Part shown: positions 50,705 to 60,686 of the stretch, piece by piece
Layout: each line of letters begins with the position of its first letter
How positions within the stretch are numbered: the first letter of the stretch is position 1
Program-made: the position numbers and the translations under genes
The notes under the pieces: generated by a model
Database searches by the model: none
What the model saw: only the letters and a program-made list of their open reading frames with translations
Told to the model about the DNA's origin: nothing
IMG/VR virus record: IMGVR_UViG_3300034106_005922
Location: 6,496 to 70,495 of that record
DNA: 64,000 nucleotides
DNA from: a virus
Reading direction: 5' to 3' (one strand)

Positions 50705-51217
50705 TTATGGATTTAAATCATCTCTTCTAGTTCTAAATCCTCGATTATCGAAACGAAAATCTCCATAAAATCCTGGTATTGTATCGTCTCCAGCTACTTG
50801 CATAGGATAAATTTCATTTAATTCATATTTATCGGCCAATCCCTTCAATTCTTCATACTCTTGTTTTCTTATAGAAATATAATTCTTAAGTACTTCATTT
50901 TTATTAACTTTTTGAACACTTCCAATATCGTCTTTTATTGTAACAAAATCTGTTGTAGCTAAACTTCCTATGCTTTTAATTTTTAAATCAAAATAATATA
51001 CATTATACATTTTTTTAAATATATATTTTTGAATATCATTTAAAGCGGGTGAGATTTCTAAACCTTGATCATTAATTGAGAAAGATGCATTTAAAAAATT
51101 ATTCAAACCTCCAATATTTCTTCTTAACCATGCAGCAATAGCTGATATACTAAAATCAGAAGGTTCTCCCAATTCTTCAAATATTTCTTGAGCAATAGAA
51201 GCGATGTAATTAGTCAT
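50705..51217 (-). CDS. Putative head-tail adaptor
   Basis: Helical protein opening the neck module; own GTGTAA motif. Confidence 0.4.
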   Translation of the reverse strand: MTNYIASIAQEIFEELGEPSDFSISAIAAWLRRNIGGLNNFLNASFSINDQGLEISPALNDIQKYIFKKMYNVYYFDLKIKSIGSLATTDFVTIKDDIGSVQKVNKNEVLKNYISIRKQEYEELKGLADKYELNEIYPMQVAGDDTIPGFYGDFRFDNRGFRTRRDDLNP

Positions 51218-51225
51218 ACACTAAA

Positions 51226-51231
51226 TTACAC
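51226..51231 (-). promoter_or_regulatory. GTGTAA putative late-promoter motif
   Basis: 8 nt before ATG 51217. Confidence 0.65.
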
Positions 51232-51258
51232 TATAATATTGGTCTGCAATTCGTTAAT

Positions 51259-52131
51259 TTAAACTAAAGTTGAGAGTATTTCTTCCTTATCAAAGGCTTG
51301 CATTATATTATAATTACATTGATGAGGCAAGCCAGCAAATTCCTTTTCCATTATAATTCCATCAATAGTATGGGTAAATATCTTAGATTGATCTTTAGCT
51401 ATGATATTTTTATGTATATTATAGCCTAATTTATCTGGCGAAGTACCAATCCAACATACTGTAGAAGGAAGCATTAAAGCTGCTGATGCATGTTGAGCAA
51501 ATGAATCTATTAATAATCTTTTTTCAGTTAAAGCAAGCAAGCAAAAAAGCTCTCTAAAGTGAGTATCAATTTTTTCAGTATGCTCATAGCTAATTTGATC
51601 TCTTCGACCAATGTGGAATATATGATACTGATCTTTTAATGAATTAATTAAATCTTTAACCAAAAAATCTGGAAGATCTCTTGACCAATTATAATTTGGA
51701 CCTTCATTTCCTCCACCATTAGTTTGAATAATTATAGATTTTTTGTTTCTATTGTATTTTCTTGCTGAATCAATTGCTTCTGCGTAATTTAAAAATAATC
51801 TAGGATTTTCTCCAGTATATTTCAATCCAAACATATTGCACCATGATTCAATTAAATGTTTATTTTCTACTACATATTCATTACTTTGGTAGACTTCATT
51901 TCCTAAAAATATAACATCTTTATTTTTAATAAAATCTTCATAAAAATATTGCGCACTATTTGATCTATAAATTCTATAAACAAATGGATTATTAAGAAAT
52001 ACTTCTGGATACGGACAGATTACGATTAATTTTCTATCTGGAAAATTTTTAGAAATATTTTCAGCAACAGCAGTAGCTGCTATATGCTTACCAATTCCAC
52101 CTTGCAAAAAGAATACTATACTTTTAGTCAT
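51259..52131 (-). CDS. GT9-like glycosyltransferase
   Basis: QGGIGKHIAATAV..FPDRKLIV..EVFLNNP; LIDSFAQHASAAL..STVCW. Confidence 0.7.
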   Translation of the reverse strand: MTKSIVFFLQGGIGKHIAATAVAENISKNFPDRKLIVICPYPEVFLNNPFVYRIYRSNSAQYFYEDFIKNKDVIFLGNEVYQSNEYVVENKHLIESWCNMFGLKYTGENPRLFLNYAEAIDSARKYNRNKKSIIIQTNGGGNEGPNYNWSRDLPDFLVKDLINSLKDQYHIFHIGRRDQISYEHTEKIDTHFRELFCLLALTEKRLLIDSFAQHASAALMLPSTVCWIGTSPDKLGYNIHKNIIAKDQSKIFTHTIDGIIMEKEFAGLPHQCNYNIMQAFDKEEILSTLV

Positions 52132-52148
52132 TATGTAATTATATGATA

Positions 52149-52658
52149 TTAATTACTGGATTCTAAATTATATCTTATATTATATAAGAATATCTTATCA
52201 AGAATATCTGGGTTACAGATCAGATTTGATACTTTTTTACTATAAATAAAAAAAGAATCCGAGTTTCCATCTAAATATACATAATGATTATTTTCTAAAT
52301 AGTTATGAATTTTATAATAAATATCATTTTTTATATTAGACTCAAACTGAATTTTTTCTATATTTATAGGTTTATTTCTATTTATTAATGATGATATTAT
52401 TGAGTAATTTAAATCGTTACATTTTATTTTTAAATATTTTATACTTATAATATTATAAATATCAAATATATCTATTAGATTAAAAGAATTATTATAATAA
52501 ATTTTATTAACAGTATATGGACATATTGAATCTTCAAGATAATTAAAATCTGCATCAACAATAAAACCATATATACCATCTTGAATTTTTGTGCAAATAT
52601 TAGTATTCGGACTAAAAGATACGCCAATTTCTAAAAAATCTAAATTGTTAAAATTCAT
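52149..52658 (-). CDS. Degenerate FkbM-like methyltransferase
   Basis: LDFLEIG, IKYLKIK (expected KID.EG lost), KIQFESN. Confidence 0.4.
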   Translation of the reverse strand: MNFNNLDFLEIGVSFSPNTNICTKIQDGIYGFIVDADFNYLEDSICPYTVNKIYYNNSFNLIDIFDIYNIISIKYLKIKCNDLNYSIISSLINRNKPINIEKIQFESNIKNDIYYKIHNYLENNHYVYLDGNSDSFFIYSKKVSNLICNPDILDKIFLYNIRYNLESSN

Positions 52659-53515
52659 CTTAATTTTAAGAAGAGTTGGTACTGATGTGGAAACTCTAAG
52701 GAGAATCTTCTTTCTATATTTGATAAATAAATTGGATTATTTTTGTCTTCTATCAAATGCACATATCCCTCTATGCAAGATTCACCCTTTTCTTCTCTTT
52801 CTATCTGATTATCTGAGAGTAAATAATTAACTTTTTTATCTTTAAAAGAATTAACAAAACAATTTAAATAGTACTGTTCAAAAAGAAGTGGATATGTTAT
52901 ATATCTTATATTTATAATCTGTTTTAATTCTTTCTTAATTTTTTCTAATAGAAAATAATCTAAGTCTATGAAATATTTATAACAATTATTATGAAATGTT
53001 TTAGCTAAACTAGGATCTTTGAAGTACATTAATCCACAATTAATTGCACCATTAAGCTTTGGATTCCATTCTTTGGGTTTATGATTAAAGAATACATCGC
53101 AAAAATTAACTAATCCGCTATATGTTCTTTCATAATAAGTTTTTTCTAGATTTTGAAAAGCAAAATCTCCTTCAAATATAATATCTTTTAATCTTCTAAA
53201 TATAAAAATATCCCCATCTAAATGTATAAAAGGTTCATCTTGAAGAGTTAAAGAATATATTTTAGGATATGCCCAAAAAAGATAAGTATCAAGGTTTTCG
53301 AAATTATTTAATGTATTTTTAATTCTGATTTTATCTGTTTCAAAAAATTTGAATATATTATGCCCATAATTATCAGTATTTAATTCTACTTTATCAAACC
53401 ATTTAGCTGACCAGAGCATAGAGTATATAAACATCATAATGAAATTTCTTTCATTATTACAACGTGCAAGATTTTCTCTTATAGGTTTTGACCAAAAAGT
53501 ATATAAAGCTTTCAA
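52655..53515 (-). CDS. DUF6734-like GT-A-type protein
   Basis: TFWSKP, FWAYPKIY..QDEPFIHLDGDIF (DxD), INCG, FEQY. Confidence 0.55.
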   Translation of the reverse strand: MKALYTFWSKPIRENLARCNNERNFIMMFIYSMLWSAKWFDKVELNTDNYGHNIFKFFETDKIRIKNTLNNFENLDTYLFWAYPKIYSLTLQDEPFIHLDGDIFIFRRLKDIIFEGDFAFQNLEKTYYERTYSGLVNFCDVFFNHKPKEWNPKLNGAINCGLMYFKDPSLAKTFHNNCYKYFIDLDYFLLEKIKKELKQIINIRYITYPLLFEQYYLNCFVNSFKDKKVNYLLSDNQIEREEKGESCIEGYVHLIEDKNNPIYLSNIERRFSLEFPHQYQLFLKLR

Positions 53516-53576
53516 TTTTTATATTATATTAATATATCTATAAATTATCTATAAATTATGCTTTAATTTTAAACTA

Positions 53577-56500
53577 TTATAAAGCCGTATTGCCATACAT
53601 TACGTATATATTATTTCCAGTATGAAGAAGTGAAATTGAAGCGAATTGGCCAGCAGTTCTATATTGATTATTATAACTATTAATTATTATTCCAACTCCA
53701 GATCCAGTAATTTGAATTTGACCTGCTCCTCTTTGAATTATTGAAGCATTAAAACCAGTAGGATTTCCACTCACTAAAATTCCAGTTATTTGACTTGGGG
53801 AATCAGCGATTATAACATCAGAATTTAAATTACCAGAAATTAAGAAATTATTTTTAATTTCAATCATTTCTGGAACAAATCCAAATATTTTTTTATCTGA
53901 AAAATAAACTCCAGAATCAAAATCTATAGTTAATCCGTTTGGTGCAAAAGACCTTTTAGTTCTATTAGAAGCATCGCTCAAGATCATAGAGCCAGTATGC
54001 CTTGAACTTATTAATGCATTTGCTCCGCCAAGAATTATAGAACTTGTTTCAGTAATTCTAGAATTTTTACTACCAATTATAAAAGAATAATCTCCGATCC
54101 CAGAGAAGATGCCTGTAAATAAATTAATAGAGTTATTTATACCACCTATTATTGCAGAACGATCTCCACTTATAATATTTCCAAATCCACCAATAATTGT
54201 TGAAAATTTTCCTAAAGCTAAATTATTATCCGATCCACCTATTATTTGACTAAAACATGTTGTTCCACAGCTATTGAATGGAGAACCTGCAATAGAAGTT
54301 TGACATCCATAAATATTACTATTAAATGAATTTGCAATTAAATTATTTGAAATACTATTAGGACAACTACCAAATTGTAAAAATATTTTACTGCATATAC
54401 TAGAAATAATTGTATTATAATCTTGATCGGTTCCATTACAAGTCCCGCCTAATATTACATCAAACGATCCAGAAGTTATATTATTTGCTCCATTTATTAT
54501 AGTACTAAAATTGGAGGTCAGTGGTGCACTACTACCACCAGGAAATTTAACTAAATTAGTGATAAAATTTCCAGATCCACCAATTATACTCATAAAGTTA
54601 ACGGTGCAAGAACTGCTTAATGGATTTTTAGTAATACAATTTCCTCTACCACCAATAAGATTAGCGTAATAAGCATCTCTTATGCAACTTCCAAAAGGAA
54701 AATTTCCGATTACGCTAGAAAATCTTGATTGACAAAGCGTCATGTTACTTGAAAGAACAAAATTTCCCTGATTTTCATTAACTAAGTCATTAAAGCAGCC
54801 AAATATAAAATTAGAACTATTATTAGTTCCACTCATACAATTTCTATTTCCAATTATGAAATCTCCACAATCAAAGGCACTTCGTGATCCACCTAGAATA
54901 TTCTCGTTTCCTATTATGATATTCCTCTCCAGCAATATATTATTGTTATCCCCTAAAATTTTAGTTTGACGGAAGCCAGCAGCGCCACTTAAAGTATTTT
55001 CTATTCCTAATATTGGGTTTTCAATTGTTCCAGTTGTAGCTATTAATACAGCCATTGAACCTGTTTTAGAAATATTTAAAGAATCAAGACCACTTATACT
55101 TCCAGCTGTAAAATTTAAACTTCCAGATGTAATTTTTAAATTTCCACCAGTAATAGTTAAAAGATCTTTATCGAATGCAGTAAATGCGGTAGAATTAGGT
55201 ATTCTTGTTAAAGAAAGTTGCTGCCCATTCAAATCAATATTAAAAAAATTATTTCTATCAAAATAACTTCCACTAAAGTAAGTTGGAAATTGACTTGGGA
55301 AGTAAGCGTAAGATGATGGTTGAGCAGTTAACCCTCTTTGAAGAGCATCTCCTATTTCTATAAGTTTTCCATTATTTAATAAAATTAAATTATTAGTTAT
55401 ATCCTCTACTCCTGTTCCAATTAAAAGAGAAGATGCTGAATTAAATGTTCCTTGATAACCTACATAATTACCCCAAAAATATAAAGATTTATTTGGATTT
55501 TTAACCACAAGAGAGTAAGTATCTCCTGCTGCGACTTTTAAAACTCCAGTATTAATAAATCCTGCTCCTGCCGTAAGTGATGTTTGACCAAAATCATTCG
55601 CTCCCCATCCGCGCGCATAACGAGAATTAAGTATACTATTTGGTGGTCCACCAAATATATTTAAAAATATACCTAATGTGTGACTTTTACCAGCACTAAT
55701 ATCTAATACTTGATGGCCATTAGGATTTACTAGAGATTCAAAAGAACTTGATCCTGTATAAAGCCAAGGAGCAGTTAAAGAAGTATTTAATGTTGTATTA
55801 AAAGTTTTCCCAAATCTATTATCTCCAAGACCTGTTAAATATGGCGGAGTTGATCTTGTTAAAAAATAATTATTAGATCCAGCATAAACATTATTAACAT
55901 TATTAACATCAGTTATTGCAAAACCTGTTCGAAAAAGCGCTGAATTTCCAGTAAAACTTCCACTATCAAAAACAATACCAATTGATCCGCTTATTCCATA
56001 TTGAAGATCTTTCACTCCACTTAAAGATATTGTATAATCTGCTACTCCTAAAGTCTCGTCTCTCCCTGTTACAAGACCCGTTGAAGATCCACTATTATAT
56101 AAAATATAAAAATTTATCCTAGTATTATCATTAGCACTATCTCCAGCTAGCCTTCTACTAGAAGTTATTTTTCTTATAGTAGTGTTTTGTGCTCGACCAG
56201 ATATGAATTGATTTATTGTTGGGTTAAAAGTATATGAAAAAGACGGGGAAATTTGTTCATAAATACTTCCTGTTCTTCTTATTAAAGTAGTATTATTTCC
56301 AGGTTTATATAAATCATTAAAATATACTCCAGTTGTAAAGCTTATTGAAATTGGATCGCCAGAATAAGAAATATTTTTTTCATAAAAATTTACTATTCCA
56401 ACGTTTCCAGTAGGATGTATATTTATAAAATAACCAGAATTAGCAAAAATTTTATTACCAGAAATAGTTTGATTGCCAGTAGTATAAACCAGCTGATTAG

Positions 56501-57005
56501 GATAAGCGGATAAATCTATTCCAGTTAATACTGGATTTCCAGAAATATAAGCTGTTCCACCAGATATATTAACATTTCCATTTATTAAATTTATATCTGT
56601 TCCAGAAAAATTAAATTCACTAATATTACTTAAATCTAGAGCATTAAAAATACCAGTCTCAGAAACTTGAAGATTACCAGAAATCGATACTCCCGTGGCA
56701 AAAGTTTTAACCCCAGAAATAGTTTGATTGCCAGTTAAATTTACATATCTTAAATCTAATTCTCCAGTATTAGGTATTCCACTTGGTCCAATCGCTCCAC
56801 TTGGTCCAATCGCTCCACTTGGTCCTATTGGGCCAATTGGACCCTGCGGAAGTACAACACAGGCTTGAGTATCGTATGTTGGAGATGTAATAGTTGGGGA
56901 TAAAGGAGGTGGCAAATTAACAAAGGCATTTACAGATGTTGACGGAGAATTAACTTCAACATTCGTTCCATTTGAAACAACAACATCAACATTGATTTGA
57001 TCCAT
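53577..57005 (-). CDS. Fibre/spike protein (collagen repeat, TGNQTISG repeats, RCC1-like segment, beta-helix repeats)
   Basis: GPIGPIGPSGAIGPSG; GWGANDFGQ..VAAGDTYSL; many S-x-I-x-GG-x-N repeats. Confidence 0.75.
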   Translation of the reverse strand: MDQINVDVVVSNGTNVEVNSPSTSVNAFVNLPPPLSPTITSPTYDTQACVVLPQGPIGPIGPSGAIGPSGAIGPSGIPNTGELDLRYVNLTGNQTISGVKTFATGVSISGNLQVSETGIFNALDLSNISEFNFSGTDINLINGNVNISGGTAYISGNPVLTGIDLSAYPNQLVYTTGNQTISGNKIFANSGYFINIHPTGNVGIVNFYEKNISYSGDPISISFTTGVYFNDLYKPGNNTTLIRRTGSIYEQISPSFSYTFNPTINQFISGRAQNTTIRKITSSRRLAGDSANDNTRINFYILYNSGSSTGLVTGRDETLGVADYTISLSGVKDLQYGISGSIGIVFDSGSFTGNSALFRTGFAITDVNNVNNVYAGSNNYFLTRSTPPYLTGLGDNRFGKTFNTTLNTSLTAPWLYTGSSSFESLVNPNGHQVLDISAGKSHTLGIFLNIFGGPPNSILNSRYARGWGANDFGQTSLTAGAGFINTGVLKVAAGDTYSLVVKNPNKSLYFWGNYVGYQGTFNSASSLLIGTGVEDITNNLILLNNGKLIEIGDALQRGLTAQPSSYAYFPSQFPTYFSGSYFDRNNFFNIDLNGQQLSLTRIPNSTAFTAFDKDLLTITGGNLKITSGSLNFTAGSISGLDSLNISKTGSMAVLIATTGTIENPILGIENTLSGAAGFRQTKILGDNNNILLERNIIIGNENILGGSRSAFDCGDFIIGNRNCMSGTNNSSNFIFGCFNDLVNENQGNFVLSSNMTLCQSRFSSVIGNFPFGSCIRDAYYANLIGGRGNCITKNPLSSSCTVNFMSIIGGSGNFITNLVKFPGGSSAPLTSNFSTIINGANNITSGSFDVILGGTCNGTDQDYNTIISSICSKIFLQFGSCPNSISNNLIANSFNSNIYGCQTSIAGSPFNSCGTTCFSQIIGGSDNNLALGKFSTIIGGFGNIISGDRSAIIGGINNSINLFTGIFSGIGDYSFIIGSKNSRITETSSIILGGANALISSRHTGSMILSDASNRTKRSFAPNGLTIDFDSGVYFSDKKIFGFVPEMIEIKNNFLISGNLNSDVIIADSPSQITGILVSGNPTGFNASIIQRGAGQIQITGSGVGIIINSYNNQYRTAGQFASISLLHTGNNIYVMYGNTAL
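56458..56735. repeat. 23-bp direct repeat CCAGAAATAGTTTGATTGCCAGT (56458-56480, 56713-56735)
   Basis: Encodes TGNQTISG twice in the fibre. Confidence 0.85.
56778..56825. repeat. 18-bp tandem repeat (about 2.7 copies) encoding collagen-like GPSGAI
   Basis: TCCACTTGGTCCAATCGC repeated. Confidence 0.9.
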
Positions 57006-57008
57006 AAA

Positions 57009-57383
57009 TTAAAAACTTGTAACTTCTGGACTAACAATAAATTTTCCTCTTAACAATTTTATAGAATTTCCAGTAGGAATTCCTGATGGAAATCTTTCAA
57101 TATCATAAACAAATGAACCTACTGGAATAGTTGTCATTGTATATGATGGAATATTTATATTTATAAATCCAGAAGCATAAAGAGATCCATTTATTCCACT
57201 ATTAATAACTGGTGCTAAATCAACTATAAGGCCAGATATTCCTGTAAAGCCATAAGCATACCTAACAACTCCTCTTACATCGTATCCACTTAAATTAACT
57301 GGAGTATTATATTGATCTTTTACAGAAAGAGTTATTTGTAAATTGTCGCCTTGAATTGTGCTTATATCATATGAAGTTGCCAT
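57009..57383 (-). CDS. Small virion protein, BppU-like fibre adaptor
   Basis: QGD..ITLSVKD..NLSGY..YDIE..LLRGKFIVSPEVT; precedes fibre. Confidence 0.55.
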   Translation of the reverse strand: MATSYDISTIQGDNLQITLSVKDQYNTPVNLSGYDVRGVVRYAYGFTGISGLIVDLAPVINSGINGSLYASGFININIPSYTMTTIPVGSFVYDIERFPSGIPTGNSIKLLRGKFIVSPEVTSF

Positions 57384-57391
57384 ATAATAAA

Positions 57392-57397
57392 TTACAC
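57392..57397 (-). promoter_or_regulatory. GTGTAA putative late-promoter motif
   Basis: 8 nt before ATG 57383. Confidence 0.65.
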
Positions 57398-57419
57398 TTT
57401 AATTAATTTTAAAATTAAA

Positions 57420-60400
57420 TTATCTAAAGAAATACTTTGAAGCAGTTTGCCAAATGGTCATATTTGGATCAATTGAACTCCATAAATCATATCCAGATTT
57501 AAGTACATTGTTATTTATTGAATTGTTGCTATAATCTTTCCTATAAATTGTTTCATTTGTAGGAACAAATACTTGATTAAACTCACCAATAATATTCCAA
57601 TAAATAAATTTATTAGCTTCACCAGTAGCATTAATACAAATTGCCCTATTAGTGTTATCTCCAGAAAGAGTTATTCCCCAAGCTGCTGTTCCACTTGTTG
57701 AACTACTAATTAATTGATTGCTTATTACATGTATTCCATTATTTTTATTTGCAACTGTAACGTATCTCTCTTGAGTGAAGATGTTTCCTAATCCAGTTTC
57801 TGCTGCAATTATATTAATTTTTCCATTCCATACCATTCCAGAATGAATGAATGCTTTACCTGAGATATAATTATCTGCAGAAGCATTTACTCCATCCAAC
57901 ATTAGTTCAGATCTTGTTGTTCCGCTAGTGATACCCTTCCAGAATAAATAGTTCTTTTGAGAACTTCCAGGCCAAGAAGCTAAACCGTCTCCACCACCCA
58001 AAGAAATTTGATTGCTATTTACAGCGTAACCTTGATTTCCAATTATGGTATTATTTACTCCATAAGCAGCATTAATATTACCTAATATAACAGATCTTTC
58101 TCCATAATTGTTATTTGTAAGACCTACTGTTGTGTTCTCTAATCCTTGAGTATTATTGTATGAGCCAAAAATATAATTAGTAAGACCTGTTGATCTATTA
58201 TACATTCCAAATAAACTATTATAACTTCCATAAACATTATTTTGTGCGCCAATTGCTATAGAAAAGTTAGTATAATTTCCAGTAAATCCACTTAATGTGT
58301 CTATAATGTTTCTTTGTCCAACTGCTAAATTATTATGACCACGAACATAATTTATATTACCCATCAATTGATTGTTATATGTTCCTTTAACTGGGTTATT
58401 GCTGTAATCATCTATTATATTATTATAACCCAATATATGATTATAATATCCAGATTCACCCATCATTAAATTTCCATAACCTATATTAGATGATCTATAT
58501 CCTTTAGAAGAAAGCTCGCTTCCTAATGCTACCAAATAGTCTCCAGTTGTCCAATTGCGCCTGCCAATTACTTGTGAGGAAGTAGTTTTAGACATATTAG
58601 ACTCACCTAAATCTATAGAATGTGATCCATTTAAATTAAGATTTCTAAATCCAATTGAAATAACTTGACGAGTAAAAGCATATATTCCAGTGCCATATAT
58701 TATTCCAGTTAAAGCAGAAGTTGTTGGATCAACTAAAAATTGAGTATCTTCTAAAAGAACTGCATTAGATTCACCAAGAACCAAACTACCAGCTGCAATT
58801 CCAGACAAATTATTTCTATTACCAAGTACAATGTTTTTTGTTCCAGTAATATCATTCATACTACCGATCATTATATTTGCTCCTTGATAAGCTGGATAAG
58901 TAGCTAATGAGTATGGATAAGGTCCATAATTTATAATTTTCATTCCAGTTGGGAATGCATCAGCAACAAAACCTGTTCCATAAATTCCACTATATTTTAG
59001 AAATCCAGGTTTAGCAGTTTCAAAATTCTCCCAATGATGAACGTTATTAATTCCTAATAAAAGATTTGCATGTCCACCAGAACTAGCATGACCCACGATA
59101 ATAGAAGGATTTGTAGCTCTTAAAAATGTATTTGGTAAAGCGACTCCACCTTCCCCAGTTGCAATACCAGATATATCTGTATAATCACTTATATTATTAA
59201 TAATACCAATATTTATTGATTTCAAAGTAAAATCTAAAGTATTTGGATATATAACAGAATCAAAATTATTATATCTAGAATCGCCACGAACTGAATCTAG
59301 TCCATCTTTTGGAAGGTTTAAATGAGAGCTTATTTTTATTGCAGGATCCAACAATATACCGTTTTTGAAACTAATTAAAAGTTTATTACTTTCAAAGTTA
59401 TAAGCAGGAGTATAGCCATCAGATATTATTCCTGCTCCACTTATTCCTGATCCATTTATTCCACCAGTAATATTAAGTAAGTTTGTAATATGAGATCTAT
59501 TTCCAATTATAAATGAGTTAGGGGCATTTTCAATTGAATTATTAAATCCGCCTAAAATAGAAGAATATATTCCACTTTGTATAACATTTTGTTTTCCACC
59601 TACAATAAGCGAAGATTGAGCAGTATCTAAAATTTTGTTATAATAACCATTTCCTATAAAATTTCCAAGAGGAATAATATTTTGAATAGAATCAAACTGA
59701 CCAGGATTATTAAGTAAATCATAATTAGTTACATCTATGCAATTTTGATATCCTCCACCTATAAAATTATTATGACCGATATTTCTATTAGAATTACCAT
59801 TTATTATTGTAGAAAGTGTACCAAGAATATAATGACCATAACCATTTCCTATTAATGAATAATTTTCATATGTTTCATTAACTTGATTAGCATCAGCTCC
59901 TATTTTAGAGTATTGACCACCTAAAATTGTATTTAATGCTCCATAAACTTGATTATTACTTCCTGCTAATATTGTGGCATTAAAATGACCAAATTGACTA
60001 CAAACAACATTATTATTTCCATTAATGAAATTTCCATATCCTCCATTTGAAGTATTATTGTATTGGAAAATAACTCCATCCTGAGTTTGACAACTAATAT
60101 TATTATTTCCATTAATAAAAATTCCATATCCTCCATTTACATTATTATTATATCCCAAAAGAGTTGAATCATTAGCACCACAAATAGAACTAGTGTTACC
60201 TAATATGCGACTATTTTGAGTATTACAAAGAGTATTAACAGCGCCAATAGCAACACTATTACAAGCTTGATTAGTAACAACATTAGAGGCTGAAGCCCCA
60301 ACTAAGAAATTGTTGTTTTGATCCCATACAATACATCTTGTACCGTCAGAACTAAATGCACCTTGATAAAGCTCACAATCTCCTTTTGTGATACGAAGTA

Positions 60401-60623
60401 TATCTGCTCCTATAGCAAATTCTGAGCGAAAGCCGCTGCAACCAGCTCCAAATAAATTATCAATACTTTCTCTTTTTAATCCATGTGGATAAGAGTAAGA
60501 GAAATCAGGATCACTTGGACTACTAACATTTATAGTTTTATCATTTGTGGCCTCAAGAAAGCCGTTTCCAGTATTTAATTGAAAATAATAATTACCTGTT
60601 AGCAATCCTGTATAATTCGACAT
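57420..60623 (-). CDS. Fibre/adhesin-like protein with YadA-head-like beta-roll repeats
   Basis: Many N-x-I-x-G-x-x-N repeats; internal duplication NGGYG.FINGNNN..C. Confidence 0.7.
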   Translation of the reverse strand: MSNYTGLLTGNYYFQLNTGNGFLEATNDKTINVSSPSDPDFSYSYPHGLKRESIDNLFGAGCSGFRSEFAIGADILRITKGDCELYQGAFSSDGTRCIVWDQNNNFLVGASASNVVTNQACNSVAIGAVNTLCNTQNSRILGNTSSICGANDSTLLGYNNNVNGGYGIFINGNNNISCQTQDGVIFQYNNTSNGGYGNFINGNNNVVCSQFGHFNATILAGSNNQVYGALNTILGGQYSKIGADANQVNETYENYSLIGNGYGHYILGTLSTIINGNSNRNIGHNNFIGGGYQNCIDVTNYDLLNNPGQFDSIQNIIPLGNFIGNGYYNKILDTAQSSLIVGGKQNVIQSGIYSSILGGFNNSIENAPNSFIIGNRSHITNLLNITGGINGSGISGAGIISDGYTPAYNFESNKLLISFKNGILLDPAIKISSHLNLPKDGLDSVRGDSRYNNFDSVIYPNTLDFTLKSINIGIINNISDYTDISGIATGEGGVALPNTFLRATNPSIIVGHASSGGHANLLLGINNVHHWENFETAKPGFLKYSGIYGTGFVADAFPTGMKIINYGPYPYSLATYPAYQGANIMIGSMNDITGTKNIVLGNRNNLSGIAAGSLVLGESNAVLLEDTQFLVDPTTSALTGIIYGTGIYAFTRQVISIGFRNLNLNGSHSIDLGESNMSKTTSSQVIGRRNWTTGDYLVALGSELSSKGYRSSNIGYGNLMMGESGYYNHILGYNNIIDDYSNNPVKGTYNNQLMGNINYVRGHNNLAVGQRNIIDTLSGFTGNYTNFSIAIGAQNNVYGSYNSLFGMYNRSTGLTNYIFGSYNNTQGLENTTVGLTNNNYGERSVILGNINAAYGVNNTIIGNQGYAVNSNQISLGGGDGLASWPGSSQKNYLFWKGITSGTTRSELMLDGVNASADNYISGKAFIHSGMVWNGKINIIAAETGLGNIFTQERYVTVANKNNGIHVISNQLISSSTSGTAAWGITLSGDNTNRAICINATGEANKFIYWNIIGEFNQVFVPTNETIYRKDYSNNSINNNVLKSGYDLWSSIDPNMTIWQTASKYFFR

Positions 60624-60652
60624 TAAATAATCTCCATATGTATTTTACTTAT

Positions 60653-60658
60653 TTACAC
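60653..60658 (-). promoter_or_regulatory. GTGTAA putative late-promoter motif
   Basis: 29 nt before ATG 60623; leader contains GGAG. Confidence 0.6.
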
Positions 60659-60686
60659 TAGTTTTTTCAAATTAATATTGTATATT

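Noticed and set aside
53516-53576. Short direct repeat (ATAATTTATAG twice on the - strand) and TATAAT before 53515
   Set aside because: Nearly pure A/T context with no convincing -35; cannot be distinguished from chance.
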